Shown here: positions 15,325 to 25,312 of the stretch, piece after piece
How positions within the stretch are numbered: position 1 is the stretch's first letter
Layout of the letters: each line of letters opens with the position of its first letter
From: a virus
Length of the DNA: 43,718 nucleotides
Strand: one strand, 5' to 3'
IMG/VR virus record: IMGVR_UViG_3300045988_166572
Span: 1 to 43,718 of that record
Translations under genes and position numbers: made by a program
Notes under the pieces: model-generated
What the model was told of the DNA's origin: nothing
Database searches by the model: none
What the model saw: the letters and a program-made list of their open reading frames with translations, nothing else

Positions 15325-17928
15325 ATGGGTAAAATCGAAACAGGGATTATATTACATGACAATTTTACAAATGTTATTTATGGCATCATCAGTTCTGTAA
15401 ATCTTGCTGTTTCTGCCGTATATGATATGCAACAAGCCATGAATACAGATGTTGACATGGCAGCATCTTTGGATGGAGCTAGAGAGGATATAAACCAAGC
15501 AACTGTGGCACTATATGAGTTGGAAAATGCGGCACTTGCATTAGATGGCACCAAAATTGGAGTACAACTTTCTATTCCTCAGAATGAAAAGTTGCCAGAG
15601 ATTCCATCAACGACTACTGTTCCAGTAGAGTGGAAAAGTAATAGTCTTGAAGTTTTTACTGGAACGGGGATTGAACGATTTCAACAAGAGGTTCAAAGTG
15701 CCAATAGTTTGCTTGCAGAATTGAATCAGACACAAATTGAGATTATACAGACCGCAAATAGTATGGACTTACTTCCGGATGATGCTTTGCAGGATATAAA
15801 TACACTTGGTCAGAGAATACAGGATATTCAACAGAGAATTCATACAATAGAAAACAATCCATTGGATATTGGAACGGATGTGGCAAATGCAGAATTGGAG
15901 AAGCTTAGAGGGCAATTAGCAACGGCTGTAAGTGAACAACAACGGTTGAATCAGGCTATGCAGAGCATGGACATTGGTGATATCAATAGTGCATATTTGC
16001 AATTGTCAGGTACAATCGGGAACACAGAACGGTATATTCGTGATAATACGGATGCACAGGAAAGATTTAATCAAGAGCTCAAGGAGGGGGTATCACAAGC
16101 AGATGGCCTTACAAATAAGATTAAGGGTATGGTCGCTGCTTATGTCAGCATTCAAAGTGTCGGAAAAATCCTAAAAGCATCGGATGATTTGATTTCTACT
16201 ACAGCACGACTTGAACTTATGAATGATGGGTTACAAAGTACACAAGAACTTGTAAACATGACATATGCTGCAGCACAGGATGCTAGGGGTTCATTTGCAG
16301 ATATGGCAGGTGTGGTGGCAAGATTTGGAAACAACGCAAAAGATGCCTTTGGAGGTTCGGCCGAGGTTGTTGCTTTTGCAAACCTGGTACAAAAACAGAT
16401 GACTATTGCAGGAGCTAGTACACAAGAGGCATCCAATGCAATGTTGCAATTATCGCAGGCTTTGGGTTCTGGTGTGCTTCGTGGAGATGAGTTAAATAGT
16501 ATCTTTGAGCAGGCACCTAATTTAATTCAAAATATAGCAGATTATTTGCAAGTGCCAATTGGTGAAATTCGTGAAATGGCATCAAAAGGTGAGTTGTCGG
16601 CAAATGTTGTTAAAGCGGCAATTTTCGCAGCTAGTGATGATATTAATGCGAAGTTCGAGGCTATGCCAATGACATGGGCACAGTTATGGCAATCTTTTCA
16701 AAATACTGCCTTGATGGCATTTCAGCCTGTTCTGCAGCGTTTAAATGAGTTTGCAAATAGTACAGCTACACAGGAGTTTATAGCGAATGCTGTTCAGGCA
16801 ATGTCTAAATTGGCGAGGGTTGCATTGATTGTATTGAACATATTTGTTGCTATTGCAAATGTAGTAGCAGGAGCATGGCCTATTATTAGTCCTATCATAT
16901 ATGGCATTGTGGGAGCAATGCTCGCTTATAATGCAGTAGTTGCGATTCACAATAAATTACAACTTTTAGCAGCTCTTGCAACTTCAATACATAAGGCATC
17001 ATTAATGTTGCATAGTAAAGCGACTTTTGCAGCGACCGTTTCGCAGTATGGTTTTAATGCAGCTTTATTAGCTTGCCCTATTACATTGATTGTCTTGGCA
17101 ATAGTTATACTTATAGCCACCTTATTTGCACTTTGTAATTGGATTGCAAAGACTACAGATGTGGCAGAGTCTGGAATTGGTGTTGTGACCGGAGCATTGG
17201 CTGTAGGTGCGGCATTTATAGGTAATTTGCTTATTTCTGCAATTAATTTAATCATATATAATTTTGTGAGGCTTTGGAACTTCGTTGCTATGTTTGCAAA
17301 TTTCTTTGCAAATGTTTTTACAGACCCAATCGGGGCAGCTGCACGGCTGTTTTTTGATTTCATTGACATGGCACTTGCTGGATTACAGGCATTGGCATCA
17401 GTGATAGATACGCTATTTAATACGAGCCTGGCAGATGCTGTATCTGGCTGGCGTACAAATCTTGATAGTTGGGTGACGGGGAAATTTGGTGAAGGAAAAG
17501 TGGTCATGGAGCAAAAGAATGCGGAAGACTACTATTTTGACAGAATCAACTATGGCGATGCATGGGACAAGGGAAGTGAACTTGGAGATGGTCTTGCAAA
17601 ATCTATTAATGGATTGACCGGAACAGAAATTCCCAATGTAGAAGATTATACTTCAATGTTTGCAGACATGGGTGACAATATTGAGGGAATATATGATGAC
17701 ACAGGTTCTATTTCAGATTCTATGGAGATATCAGAAGAGGACCTTAAGTATCTCAGGGATATTGCAGAAAGAGAATCCATTGACCGTTATACAACAGCAA
17801 GCGTAAAGATTGAACAGGTAAATCACAATAATATTTCATCAGGAATGGACTTAGATGGTTTGTTAACCGGTTTGGGAGATGCGATGGGCGAAGCAGTAGA
17901 AATTGTAACGGAAGGAGCACATGCGTAA
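15325..17928 (+). CDS. Tape measure protein
   Basis: 867 aa, coiled-coil N-half, hydrophobic central block, position after the chaperone pair. Confidence 0.9.
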   Translation: MGKIETGIILHDNFTNVIYGIISSVNLAVSAVYDMQQAMNTDVDMAASLDGAREDINQATVALYELENAALALDGTKIGVQLSIPQNEKLPEIPSTTTVPVEWKSNSLEVFTGTGIERFQQEVQSANSLLAELNQTQIEIIQTANSMDLLPDDALQDINTLGQRIQDIQQRIHTIENNPLDIGTDVANAELEKLRGQLATAVSEQQRLNQAMQSMDIGDINSAYLQLSGTIGNTERYIRDNTDAQERFNQELKEGVSQADGLTNKIKGMVAAYVSIQSVGKILKASDDLISTTARLELMNDGLQSTQELVNMTYAAAQDARGSFADMAGVVARFGNNAKDAFGGSAEVVAFANLVQKQMTIAGASTQEASNAMLQLSQALGSGVLRGDELNSIFEQAPNLIQNIADYLQVPIGEIREMASKGELSANVVKAAIFAASDDINAKFEAMPMTWAQLWQSFQNTALMAFQPVLQRLNEFANSTATQEFIANAVQAMSKLARVALIVLNIFVAIANVVAGAWPIISPIIYGIVGAMLAYNAVVAIHNKLQLLAALATSIHKASLMLHSKATFAATVSQYGFNAALLACPITLIVLAIVILIATLFALCNWIAKTTDVAESGIGVVTGALAVGAAFIGNLLISAINLIIYNFVRLWNFVAMFANFFANVFTDPIGAAARLFFDFIDMALAGLQALASVIDTLFNTSLADAVSGWRTNLDSWVTGKFGEGKVVMEQKNAEDYYFDRINYGDAWDKGSELGDGLAKSINGLTGTEIPNVEDYTSMFADMGDNIEGIYDDTGSISDSMEISEEDLKYLRDIAERESIDRYTTASVKIEQVNHNNISSGMDLDGLLTGLGDAMGEAVEIVTEGAHA

Positions 17929-18630
17929 ATGGGAAAAGGATATGATTTTTATTTAGGACAGTGCTTACTTCCGGTCACCCCGGAAAAATTGGATATTCGT
18001 ATAAATAATAAGAATAATACGGTTAGCCTGATAAATGAGGGTGAAATCAATATTTTAAAAACAGCTGGACTGACGGATATAGAATTTGAATGTGATATAC
18101 CACAGGTGGCAAGACCAACAGCGGTATATGCTTCAGGTTTTATTGGGGCATCATATTTTTTGGAATACTTTGAAAAGTTGAAAATAGGTAAGACGCCGTT
18201 TCAGTTTATTGTATGTAGAAAATTGCCTAATGGAAAACCGTTGTTTAACACAAATATCAAGGTTACAATGGAAGATTATCGTATTACAGAAAGTGCCGGG
18301 AATGGTTTTGATGTGACAGTTAAGATTCGGATGAAGCAGTACCGAAATTATGGAACAAAAAGTATTGCAGTACAAGGAACTGTAACTACCGGTGGGAGCA
18401 CCGCAACGTATACAGCTAATGTTGAACCGACTAGGTCCCGGGAGAGTGCACCTAATACAAAAAAGAACAGAAACTATACGGTACGAAAAAATGAAAGCTT
18501 ATTCAACATTGCTAAGGAACAATATGGTGATGGGGGAAAGTTTGCTATGCTATATAATGCAAACAAAGATAAGATAACGGACCCAACAAATATTAAACCG
18601 GGAACAGTATTAGTTTTGCCGGCAATATAG
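17929..18630 (+). CDS. LysM-domain tail/baseplate protein (XkdP-like)
   Basis: C-terminal YTVRKNESLFNIAKEQYGDGGKFAMLYNANKDKITDPTNIKPGTVLVLP is a LysM motif. Confidence 0.85.
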   Translation: MGKGYDFYLGQCLLPVTPEKLDIRINNKNNTVSLINEGEINILKTAGLTDIEFECDIPQVARPTAVYASGFIGASYFLEYFEKLKIGKTPFQFIVCRKLPNGKPLFNTNIKVTMEDYRITESAGNGFDVTVKIRMKQYRNYGTKSIAVQGTVTTGGSTATYTANVEPTRSRESAPNTKKNRNYTVRKNESLFNIAKEQYGDGGKFAMLYNANKDKITDPTNIKPGTVLVLPAI

Positions 18631-18638
18631 GAGAAATT

Positions 18639-19622
18639 ATGTCAGTAGACTTATACATTGCAAGTCAGAATCAGGAAAAATTGTATATTCCTTGTATTGA
18701 GGAAGGGGTTGAGTGGTATACAGAACGTCGGGGAATGCCAGGTAAACTTACCTTCAAAGTGGTAAAGACAGATGGTATTGAATTTGCAGAGGGTAGTCCT
18801 GTTAGAATGCAACAAAATGGCGAGGATATCTTTTTTGGATTTATATTCAAACAGCAACGTAATAAGGAGCAGATTGTTACTATTACGGCATATGATCAGT
18901 TACGTTATCTGAAAAATAAGGATACCAAAGTCTATGAAAATATGACAGCGGACCAAGTTATTGCTATGTTGGCAGCAGATTATGGATTGCAAATTGGAAC
19001 ATTAGAACAGACAGGATATGTAATTGAAGAAAGAATAGAAAAAGATAAATCTCTTTTTGAAATGATTGAGAATGCACTTGACCTTACGCTTACGAATACG
19101 AAAGAGATGTATGTGTTATATGATGATTGTGGCAGGCTTACTTTAAAGAGCCTGCCATCTATGTATGTAAGAAATGATTCCGGAAATTATTTGATGATTG
19201 ATGAAGAAACCGGGGAGAATTACGAATACACCTCAAGCATTGATGATAGCACATATAACAAAATTAAATTGACTTATGAGAACGAAGAGGCTGGAAAGCG
19301 AGAAGTCTATATCGCGCAGGATGGTGCACATATCAATGAGTGGGGAACACTTCAATATTATGGAACCTTATCTGAAGGTGAGGATGGAGCAGCAAAAGCA
19401 GATGCATTGCTATCATTGTATAACCGCAAGACTAGAAATTTAAGGTTGACAAAAGTGTTTGGTGACAATCGGGTAAGAGCAGGTTCCATGCTTGTTGTTA
19501 ATCTGAATTTGGGAGATGTTTCCCTGCAAAACTTTATGTTGGTAGAAACATGTAAACATACATATAAGGAAAATGAACATTGGATGGACATTACTTTGCG
19601 GGGAGGTGAATTTATTGCTTAA
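18639..19622 (+). CDS. XkdQ/YqbQ-like baseplate hub (late control gene D-like) protein
   Basis: 327 aa, conserved order after the LysM protein. Confidence 0.75.
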   Translation: MSVDLYIASQNQEKLYIPCIEEGVEWYTERRGMPGKLTFKVVKTDGIEFAEGSPVRMQQNGEDIFFGFIFKQQRNKEQIVTITAYDQLRYLKNKDTKVYENMTADQVIAMLAADYGLQIGTLEQTGYVIEERIEKDKSLFEMIENALDLTLTNTKEMYVLYDDCGRLTLKSLPSMYVRNDSGNYLMIDEETGENYEYTSSIDDSTYNKIKLTYENEEAGKREVYIAQDGAHINEWGTLQYYGTLSEGEDGAAKADALLSLYNRKTRNLRLTKVFGDNRVRAGSMLVVNLNLGDVSLQNFMLVETCKHTYKENEHWMDITLRGGEFIA

Positions 19623-20076
19623 TGCTACAGAATTGGTAAAAACAATACAAAAAATAGCAGTAGAGGCAGTTAAGGCATCTAATCCAGTACACATATGTTA
19701 TGGCGAAGTGGTCAGCATAAATCCATTAAGTATAGCCGTTGACCAGAAAATGATACTTGGTAGTAAGCAGTTGGTATTGACAAGAAATGTAACTGATTAT
19801 GATACAGAAGTTACTGTGGATTGGAATACAGAAACAATGAAAGTAACACACGGGCATGCTATATCCGGACAAAATGACTATAGTGGGGAACCTGTACATA
19901 GTCATTTGTGGAATGGAATATTAACAAGTACCACAACTTCACATGAACACAAAATTATTGGACGTAAAAAGATAAGGATACATAATGCATTGAAAGTAGG
20001 TAACAAGGTCATTTTGTTGGGACAACAAGGTGGTCAGAGATATATTGTGCTAGATAGGATAGGAGAAATGTCATGA
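19615..20076 (+). CDS. DUF2577 (XkdR-like) baseplate protein
   Basis: TTG 19615 lies about 9 nt after GGGAGG (alternatively GTG 19606). NPVHICYGEVVSINPLSIAVDQKMIL pattern. Confidence 0.7.
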   Translation: MLNATELVKTIQKIAVEAVKASNPVHICYGEVVSINPLSIAVDQKMILGSKQLVLTRNVTDYDTEVTVDWNTETMKVTHGHAISGQNDYSGEPVHSHLWNGILTSTTTSHEHKIIGRKKIRIHNALKVGNKVILLGQQGGQRYIVLDRIGEMS

Positions 20077-20477
20077 TACCATCTGCAAGCGGTTTTTTGA
20101 AGCATGATTTTGAAGTTAAAGAGCAACCAAGTCGGGTTTACAAAATGGATTTACAGGGCACTTCTGTGAGAGGGTTTTGTGATGAAATGGCTGCTATGAA
20201 ACAAATGGTATATCGTATTCTGAATACGGAGAGATATAAATATATTATTTATTCTTGGAATTATGGTATAGAAACCATTGATTTGTACGGAAAGCCAATT
20301 ACATATGTGTGTCCTGAACTAGAGCGTAGAATCCGAGAGGCATTAATTGTAGACACTCGAGTTACTGATGTGAGTGATTTTCAACATGACACAACCCAAA
20401 AAGGCATTGTTCATACAAAATTTGTAGTACATACCATATTTGGAGATATAGAAGCAGATAAGAGGGTGAATATTTAA
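20073..20477 (+). CDS. DUF2634 (XkdS-like) baseplate wedge protein
   Basis: ATGA overlap with the upstream gene, 134 aa, conserved order. Confidence 0.7.
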   Translation: MIPSASGFLKHDFEVKEQPSRVYKMDLQGTSVRGFCDEMAAMKQMVYRILNTERYKYIIYSWNYGIETIDLYGKPITYVCPELERRIREALIVDTRVTDVSDFQHDTTQKGIVHTKFVVHTIFGDIEADKRVNI

Positions 20478-21679
20478 TGTATGAGGATATGACATATGAA
20501 ATATTACTAAAAAGGATGTTAGGGCGTGTGCCGGATAATATGGACAAAAGAGAAAGCTCTTTAATTTGGGATACGCACAGTTCAACAGCCGTTGAATTAC
20601 AAAATTTGTATATTGGACTTGATGTAATGATTGCTAATTCTTACGGTGATACTGCAGCAAGGGATTTTCTCATTTTATTATGCAAAGATAGGGGAATTAT
20701 TCCAGAACCGGCAACACATGCTGTATTAAAAGGAGAATTTACCCCTTCCAATATTGATGTGCTCGGTCAGCGATTTAACATTGGAGAGATTAACTATATT
20801 GTTACGGAAAAAATTGCAGACGGAATATATAAAGTTGAATGTGAAGAACTTGGAAATATCGGCAATCAGTATTTAGGGGAAATGATTCCGATGGAATATA
20901 TTAAAGGATTGCAAACAGCTTGCTTGACGGGGATTCTTATTCCAGGAGAGGATGAAGAGGATACAGAAAAACTCAGAAAGCGATATTTTGATTCCTTTGG
21001 TGAGCAGGCATTTGGTGGAAACAGAGCAGATTATTTAGCAAAAGTTCGAAAGATTGAAGGTGTAGGTAACTGTAAGATTACAAGAGTATGGAATAGTGAA
21101 TTTAACCCGGCTGAAATGATTCCATCTGCAGATGTAACAAAGTGGTATAAGACTATTTGTAACTCGCTTGAAGATGGTGTAAAACAGTGGTTAACAGCAG
21201 TTTACCAGAATGCAAGCAATAAAAAGTTGACTGTTGGGGGAACCGTGCTTGTTACAGTGGTTAATTCCTATGATTATGGGGAAGTCTCTGATGTATTGAT
21301 ATCTCAGATACAGACAGAATTGGATCCCGAAGAAAATGCTGGGGAAGGATATGGAATTGCACCAATTGGTCATGTAGTAAGAGTAAAAAGTGCGACTCCT
21401 GTTGTAATAAACATAAAAACCACTCTGACATATGAAAACGGTTATAGCTGGTCTAAACTACAGACTTCTGTAGAAAAAGTAATTCAGGAGTATTTATTAG
21501 AATTACGAAAAGAATGGGCCGATGCTTCAGTAACAGTAGTAAGAATTAGTCAAATTGAAGCAAGGATTCTTTCCATTAATGGAATTATTGATGCTGTAGG
21601 AACTACAGTAAATGAAAGCACTGAAAATATATCGTTAGGTACATATGAAATACCGGTATTTGGGGGAATAATTGTATGA
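20477..21679 (+). CDS. Baseplate J-like protein (XkdT-like)
   Basis: 400 aa, MYEDMTYEILLKRMLGRVPDNMDKRESSLIWD N-terminus typical of the family. Confidence 0.85.
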   Translation: MYEDMTYEILLKRMLGRVPDNMDKRESSLIWDTHSSTAVELQNLYIGLDVMIANSYGDTAARDFLILLCKDRGIIPEPATHAVLKGEFTPSNIDVLGQRFNIGEINYIVTEKIADGIYKVECEELGNIGNQYLGEMIPMEYIKGLQTACLTGILIPGEDEEDTEKLRKRYFDSFGEQAFGGNRADYLAKVRKIEGVGNCKITRVWNSEFNPAEMIPSADVTKWYKTICNSLEDGVKQWLTAVYQNASNKKLTVGGTVLVTVVNSYDYGEVSDVLISQIQTELDPEENAGEGYGIAPIGHVVRVKSATPVVINIKTTLTYENGYSWSKLQTSVEKVIQEYLLELRKEWADASVTVVRISQIEARILSINGIIDAVGTTVNESTENISLGTYEIPVFGGIIV

Positions 21680-22215
21680 GCAGAGAAATAAATCTTGTAT
21701 CTTATTTACCGGAATTCATGCAACAGTATAAAGAGCCTGTCGCAACTTTAGATGCAGAAAATCCGGAATTTGTTCTTTTATGGAAAAATGCTGAAAAGAT
21801 ACTTTACAATCGGTTTATTTCTACGGCTGATGAATATGGTATATCGCGTTTTGAATCATTGCTTGGAATTTATCCGGCTAGGACAGATTCCATAGAGGTT
21901 CGCAGACAGAGAGTATTGTTGCGATGGTATAACAAATTGCCTTACACCATCAGAGTATTTTTGCTCCGGCTAGGACAGATATGTGGTGATAGCGTATTTA
22001 CAGTAAAACGCAAGTTTGATAAGGAATATGAGATTGATATTACGACACATTTGGAAAAATCAGGTTTGGTTGATGAGGTTAATAAGCTAATTGAGGAGAT
22101 GATACCTTGTAACATGCTTATAGTTTCTGTTAATAAGGTATTGTGTAAGCCAAATCAAAATATCTATTTAGCAGGAGCCGTAGGATTTGTGGAATATATC
22201 GAAATATCAGATTAA
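21676..22215 (+). CDS. DUF2313 (XkdU/YmfQ-like) tail protein
   Basis: ATGA overlap, LVSYLPEFMQQYKE N-terminus, 179 aa. Confidence 0.75.
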   Translation: MSREINLVSYLPEFMQQYKEPVATLDAENPEFVLLWKNAEKILYNRFISTADEYGISRFESLLGIYPARTDSIEVRRQRVLLRWYNKLPYTIRVFLLRLGQICGDSVFTVKRKFDKEYEIDITTHLEKSGLVDEVNKLIEEMIPCNMLIVSVNKVLCKPNQNIYLAGAVGFVEYIEISD

Positions 22216-22230
22216 GTAGGAGGGTAAAAA

Positions 22231-23469
22231 ATGGCAGTCTTTTCAAAGCTAGTAACAACGGAAAAGGGTAGAGAACTCATGGCCAAGGTGCTTGCCAATC
22301 AACAGACCATAGTTTTTACACAAGTAGCACTATCTAATGTGGAGTATGCAACTGATGAGTTGGAAACATTGGAAACAATCGATGGAATTAAACAGATTGG
22401 TAGTATATCCAAAGTATCGAAATTTGAAAATAGTACAGTAAAAATAGAAACGGTGATTACTAATACAACTTTGACAGAGGGGTATTACATCAAGACAGTT
22501 GCACTGTATGCGCAAGATGAAGAAAACGAAATTGTTTATGCTATTGCAAACGAAACATCTGGAATATGTTATATGCCGCCGTTTGAGGGTGTAACTGTTT
22601 CGGGAGCATATCTTACATTATCAACAACCATAAGCAATGCAGCAAATGTTACTGTGGACGTAGATAATGCCGTATATGCAACAATAGGAAATATTAAAGA
22701 TTTGCAGGAGCAGATAAATAGCTTAACTGAATTGCTTGTTGGAAATATTTCAAATACAAACGTTCACAGCAAAAATTTGAGTTTGTTAAATCAAATGGGA
22801 TTTGAAGTATACCATCAGGAAATAAAAGAATCAGTTAAATGCTCGGGAGGAACAACTTTATTTCAGGTTGATAAATCAGCCTTTACAGAAGGAGCTTGGA
22901 GCGATAAGACCTATTATCTTTATCATTTATATGGGGCATTGAATACATATGATTATGTAGATTCAGTTGATACATATGAAGGACAGGTGCTTGTTGGACT
23001 TAATGTTTATTCTATTGGCGGCCTATGGAATAGCTGGTTCCCAATAGTTCCTACGCAATGTAATGGAGTGTTATCGGTAAATGCTATTGACTTATGGGGA
23101 ATTTATGGACCACCGCTTCGATCAGGTATACAGATTAATATACAACCAATGCTCTATAAAAAGGATAGTCAGGGACAAGTATCTTTGGTGGATGGTACTA
23201 AATGGACTGCTCTTAACATGCATTTAAGAGTATATAAACTTGGAAGTATTCTGCAGAGCACTCCTAGTAATTCTGATACGGGAGGTTCGTCTGGTGGTGT
23301 GAATGACTATGCGCAATTATTAAATAAACCATCCATCAATAATGTTACATTGATTGGAAATTTGACATCAGCACAGTTGGGACTTGAAAATAGTAGTTCC
23401 GGAGGTGGCGAAACAGAAATGACGTATGATGAAACACTTGCTGAATTAAACGGAGAGGAGACAACATAA
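22231..23469 (+). CDS. Tail fibre / receptor-binding protein
   Basis: Tail-collar-fibre-like N-terminus (FSKLVTTEKGRELMAKVLANQQTIVFTQVALSN). C-terminal DYAQLLNKPSINNVTLIGNLT motif and Gly/Ser linkers. Confidence 0.8.
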   Translation: MAVFSKLVTTEKGRELMAKVLANQQTIVFTQVALSNVEYATDELETLETIDGIKQIGSISKVSKFENSTVKIETVITNTTLTEGYYIKTVALYAQDEENEIVYAIANETSGICYMPPFEGVTVSGAYLTLSTTISNAANVTVDVDNAVYATIGNIKDLQEQINSLTELLVGNISNTNVHSKNLSLLNQMGFEVYHQEIKESVKCSGGTTLFQVDKSAFTEGAWSDKTYYLYHLYGALNTYDYVDSVDTYEGQVLVGLNVYSIGGLWNSWFPIVPTQCNGVLSVNAIDLWGIYGPPLRSGIQINIQPMLYKKDSQGQVSLVDGTKWTALNMHLRVYKLGSILQSTPSNSDTGGSSGGVNDYAQLLNKPSINNVTLIGNLTSAQLGLENSSSGGGETEMTYDETLAELNGEETT

Positions 23470-23726
23470 TGGGAATACCTAATTTGAAAGCAATAAGGGA
23501 TTGGTGTATCGGAAAGTTTCAACCAAAAGGAGAGTATTTGACTAGCATTCCATCAGGATATGTAACTAATACAGAGTTATCTGAGAAGAACTATACCACA
23601 ATGGAGGAAGTTGAAGAAAAGTATGTACCGAAAGAAAGCCTTGGTGGGATGACATTTGGAGTTGATGCCGATGGAAATTATGGTTATATAAAGGCGGGTG
23701 CTGATACAGTTATCCCTTTTATATAG
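23469..23726 (+). CDS. Tail-fibre-associated small protein
   Basis: ATAATG overlap with the fibre gene, 85 aa ending in GNYGYIKAGADTVIPFI. Confidence 0.65.
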   Translation: MGIPNLKAIRDWCIGKFQPKGEYLTSIPSGYVTNTELSEKNYTTMEEVEEKYVPKESLGGMTFGVDADGNYGYIKAGADTVIPFI

Positions 23727-23758
23727 GTGGCGGTGGATTATGGAGCCAGGCAGAAAAA

Positions 23759-24118
23759 TTGTATGTCCCTCAAGGTGGTTATTGGTCATCAGCAATGACA
23801 ACAAGAACCCTTAGTACAAATTCAATAACTCTGGAAAAAGATTATGACAAATTTTTGCTGATTTATGAAAAATACCAAAGCCATAACTACGCGCAAGATA
23901 TAATAACAGCATTGGAACTTATTAAGAGGAATGACGCAACATATGACATTTCTATATTAGCTCAAATCGGCAATTTTAAAAATTATCATAGCTTTTATAT
24001 ATGGATATTGGATGGAGCAAAAAAGGGCGAAATTGTAGGCATGCAGGTAAAATCTACCTTTAATAATCCGTCGTCAAATAAAAAATATGACACAATAGGT
24101 TTATATGGATTGAATTAA
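23759..24118 (+). CDS. Hypothetical tail-fibre-region protein (TTG start, or -1 frameshift extension of 23469..23726)
   Basis: 119-aa ORF. Only a weak GGAG lies 13 nt upstream of TTG 23759, and the frame is open from 23705. Confidence 0.5.
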   Translation: MYVPQGGYWSSAMTTRTLSTNSITLEKDYDKFLLIYEKYQSHNYAQDIITALELIKRNDATYDISILAQIGNFKNYHSFYIWILDGAKKGEIVGMQVKSTFNNPSSNKKYDTIGLYGLN

Positions 24119-24132
24119 AGTATTGGGTAAAA

Positions 24133-24164
24133 AGTCAACAGAGAAATTTTTGTTGGCTTTTGTT
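24133..24164 (+). terminator. Terminator-like hairpin after the tail module
   Basis: AGTCAACA (24133-24140) pairs with TGTTGGCT (24151-24158), including one G-U pair, then TTTTGTT. Confidence 0.55.
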
Positions 24165-24186
24165 ATTAAGGAAAGGGGGAAGTCCA

Positions 24187-24462
24187 ATGTACATAGGCAT
24201 AAATACAATTATTACAATTGCAAGTGTTATGGGAGCGATTATTTCGATCGGCGGGATACTGATTGCCTGCTATAAGTGGTTCAGCCGACAGAATAAACAG
24301 GATGAAGATATCAAGGTTATGAAATCAGAGTTGTGCCTGCTTACCTATGGATTGCTTGCGTGTCTGAAAGGTTTGAAAGAACAGGGATGTAATGGACCGG
24401 TCACAGAGGCAATTGACAAGATTGAAAAGCGGATCAATAAGCAGGCACACGAACAGGAGTAA
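24187..24462 (+). CDS. Small membrane protein (1 N-terminal TM), lysis-cassette member
   Basis: ATG 24187 after GAAAGGGGGAAG, MYIGINTIITIASVMGAIISIGGILIACY. Confidence 0.65.
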   Translation: MYIGINTIITIASVMGAIISIGGILIACYKWFSRQNKQDEDIKVMKSELCLLTYGLLACLKGLKEQGCNGPVTEAIDKIEKRINKQAHEQE

Positions 24463-24466
24463 AGAG

Positions 24467-24748
24467 ATGAGAAAGCTATTATTTCGCAGAGGTTTTACAG
24501 ATAAACTCTATTATTACAATTTCCGTGCAGTATGGCTGTTTGTGATATTCTGCTACCTGCTCACGGCATTGAGTGGAGAAAAGAATCTAAACATTTCAGA
24601 TCTTTCCATTGTAAGTGTGGGTATTCCGGCTGCATTCGCGGAACTTGGGGTACATACCGGTTTTATTATTTGGAAAGCAAAGACAGAGAACTGCAGGAAA
24701 CATAAAGATCAATCAAAAGTAAAAGAATTGGAGGAAATTGAGTTATGA
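24467..24748 (+). CDS. Small membrane protein (2 TM), holin-like
   Basis: ATG 24467 (MRKLLFRR...), with hydrophobic segments AVWLFVIFCYLLTAL and IVSVGIPAAFAELGV. Confidence 0.6.
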   Translation: MRKLLFRRGFTDKLYYYNFRAVWLFVIFCYLLTALSGEKNLNISDLSIVSVGIPAAFAELGVHTGFIIWKAKTENCRKHKDQSKVKELEEIEL

Positions 24749-25050
24749 CATTACAGATTTTTTTAACAGGATTATTATTAGTGAGCATTTTAACAGGACT
24801 GGTTACCGAGGCCATTAAGAGGATTCTGGAAGAGCAGAAAAAGCAGTATTACAGTAATACCCTTGCCGGTATTGTGGCGGTTGTCATTGCGGTACTGGTG
24901 GATATCGGATACACTGTGTTAAATAACATGGCCTTTGATGTGGCATGGGTGGTATATCTCATTGCTTTGATTGGCCTGTCCTGGTTATGTGCTATGGTTG
25001 GCTATGATAAAGTGATCCAGGCACTGTCACAGATCCGGAGCAAATCATGA
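24745..25050 (+). CDS. Holin-like membrane protein (3 hydrophobic helices)
   Basis: ATGA overlap with the upstream gene, 101 aa, LTGLLLVSILTGLVTEAIKR N-terminus. Confidence 0.7.
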   Translation: MTLQIFLTGLLLVSILTGLVTEAIKRILEEQKKQYYSNTLAGIVAVVIAVLVDIGYTVLNNMAFDVAWVVYLIALIGLSWLCAMVGYDKVIQALSQIRSKS

Positions 25051-25187
25051 GCCGGTTATTAGAGGTTCTCGTTGTTGTTGGAGTGGTTATTTATCTTGCA
25101 CTGGCGCTGATCGGAGTAAGTAAGACCGAGCCGGTGAAATACCGGGATGTGAGGCATCAGATTGAAAGTGAGGCCATGATCTTATGA
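25047..25187 (+). CDS. 46-aa single-TM peptide (MSRLLEVLVVVGVVIYLALALIGVSKTEPVKYRDVRHQIESEAMIL), not in the ORF track
   Basis: ATGA overlap with the holin stop. Translated by hand. Confidence 0.5.
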   Translation: MSRLLEVLVVVGVVIYLALALIGVSKTEPVKYRDVRHQIESEAMIL

Positions 25188-25312
25188 AAAGGGTAGTTGA
25201 GGCAATTAAGAGCATTTTATTAATAATGGCAGTCCTGATGGGGATTGTATATGTGATCACAATCCCCATCGGGTGCCTGATCTATGCAATTGTGAATGGA
25301 GGGTTTATGTGA
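25184..25312 (+). CDS. 42-aa single-TM peptide (MKRVVEAIKSILLIMAVLMGIVYVITIPIGCLIYAIVNGGFM), not in the ORF track
   Basis: ATGA overlap upstream, and its TGA overlaps the endolysin ATG (TGATG). Confidence 0.5.
   Translation: MKRVVEAIKSILLIMAVLMGIVYVITIPIGCLIYAIVNGGFM

Noticed and set aside
16152-17507. Minus-strand ORFs (94, 69 and 186 aa) inside the tape measure gene
   Set aside because: These are antisense shadows within an 867-aa gene whose frame is continuous and well placed. The same reasoning applies to the other minus-strand ORFs listed inside + strand genes, such as 2555..2923, 5336..5785, 6986..7303, 8797..9198, 32427..32834, 35231..35587, 35799..36275, 36584..36949 and 39390..40188.
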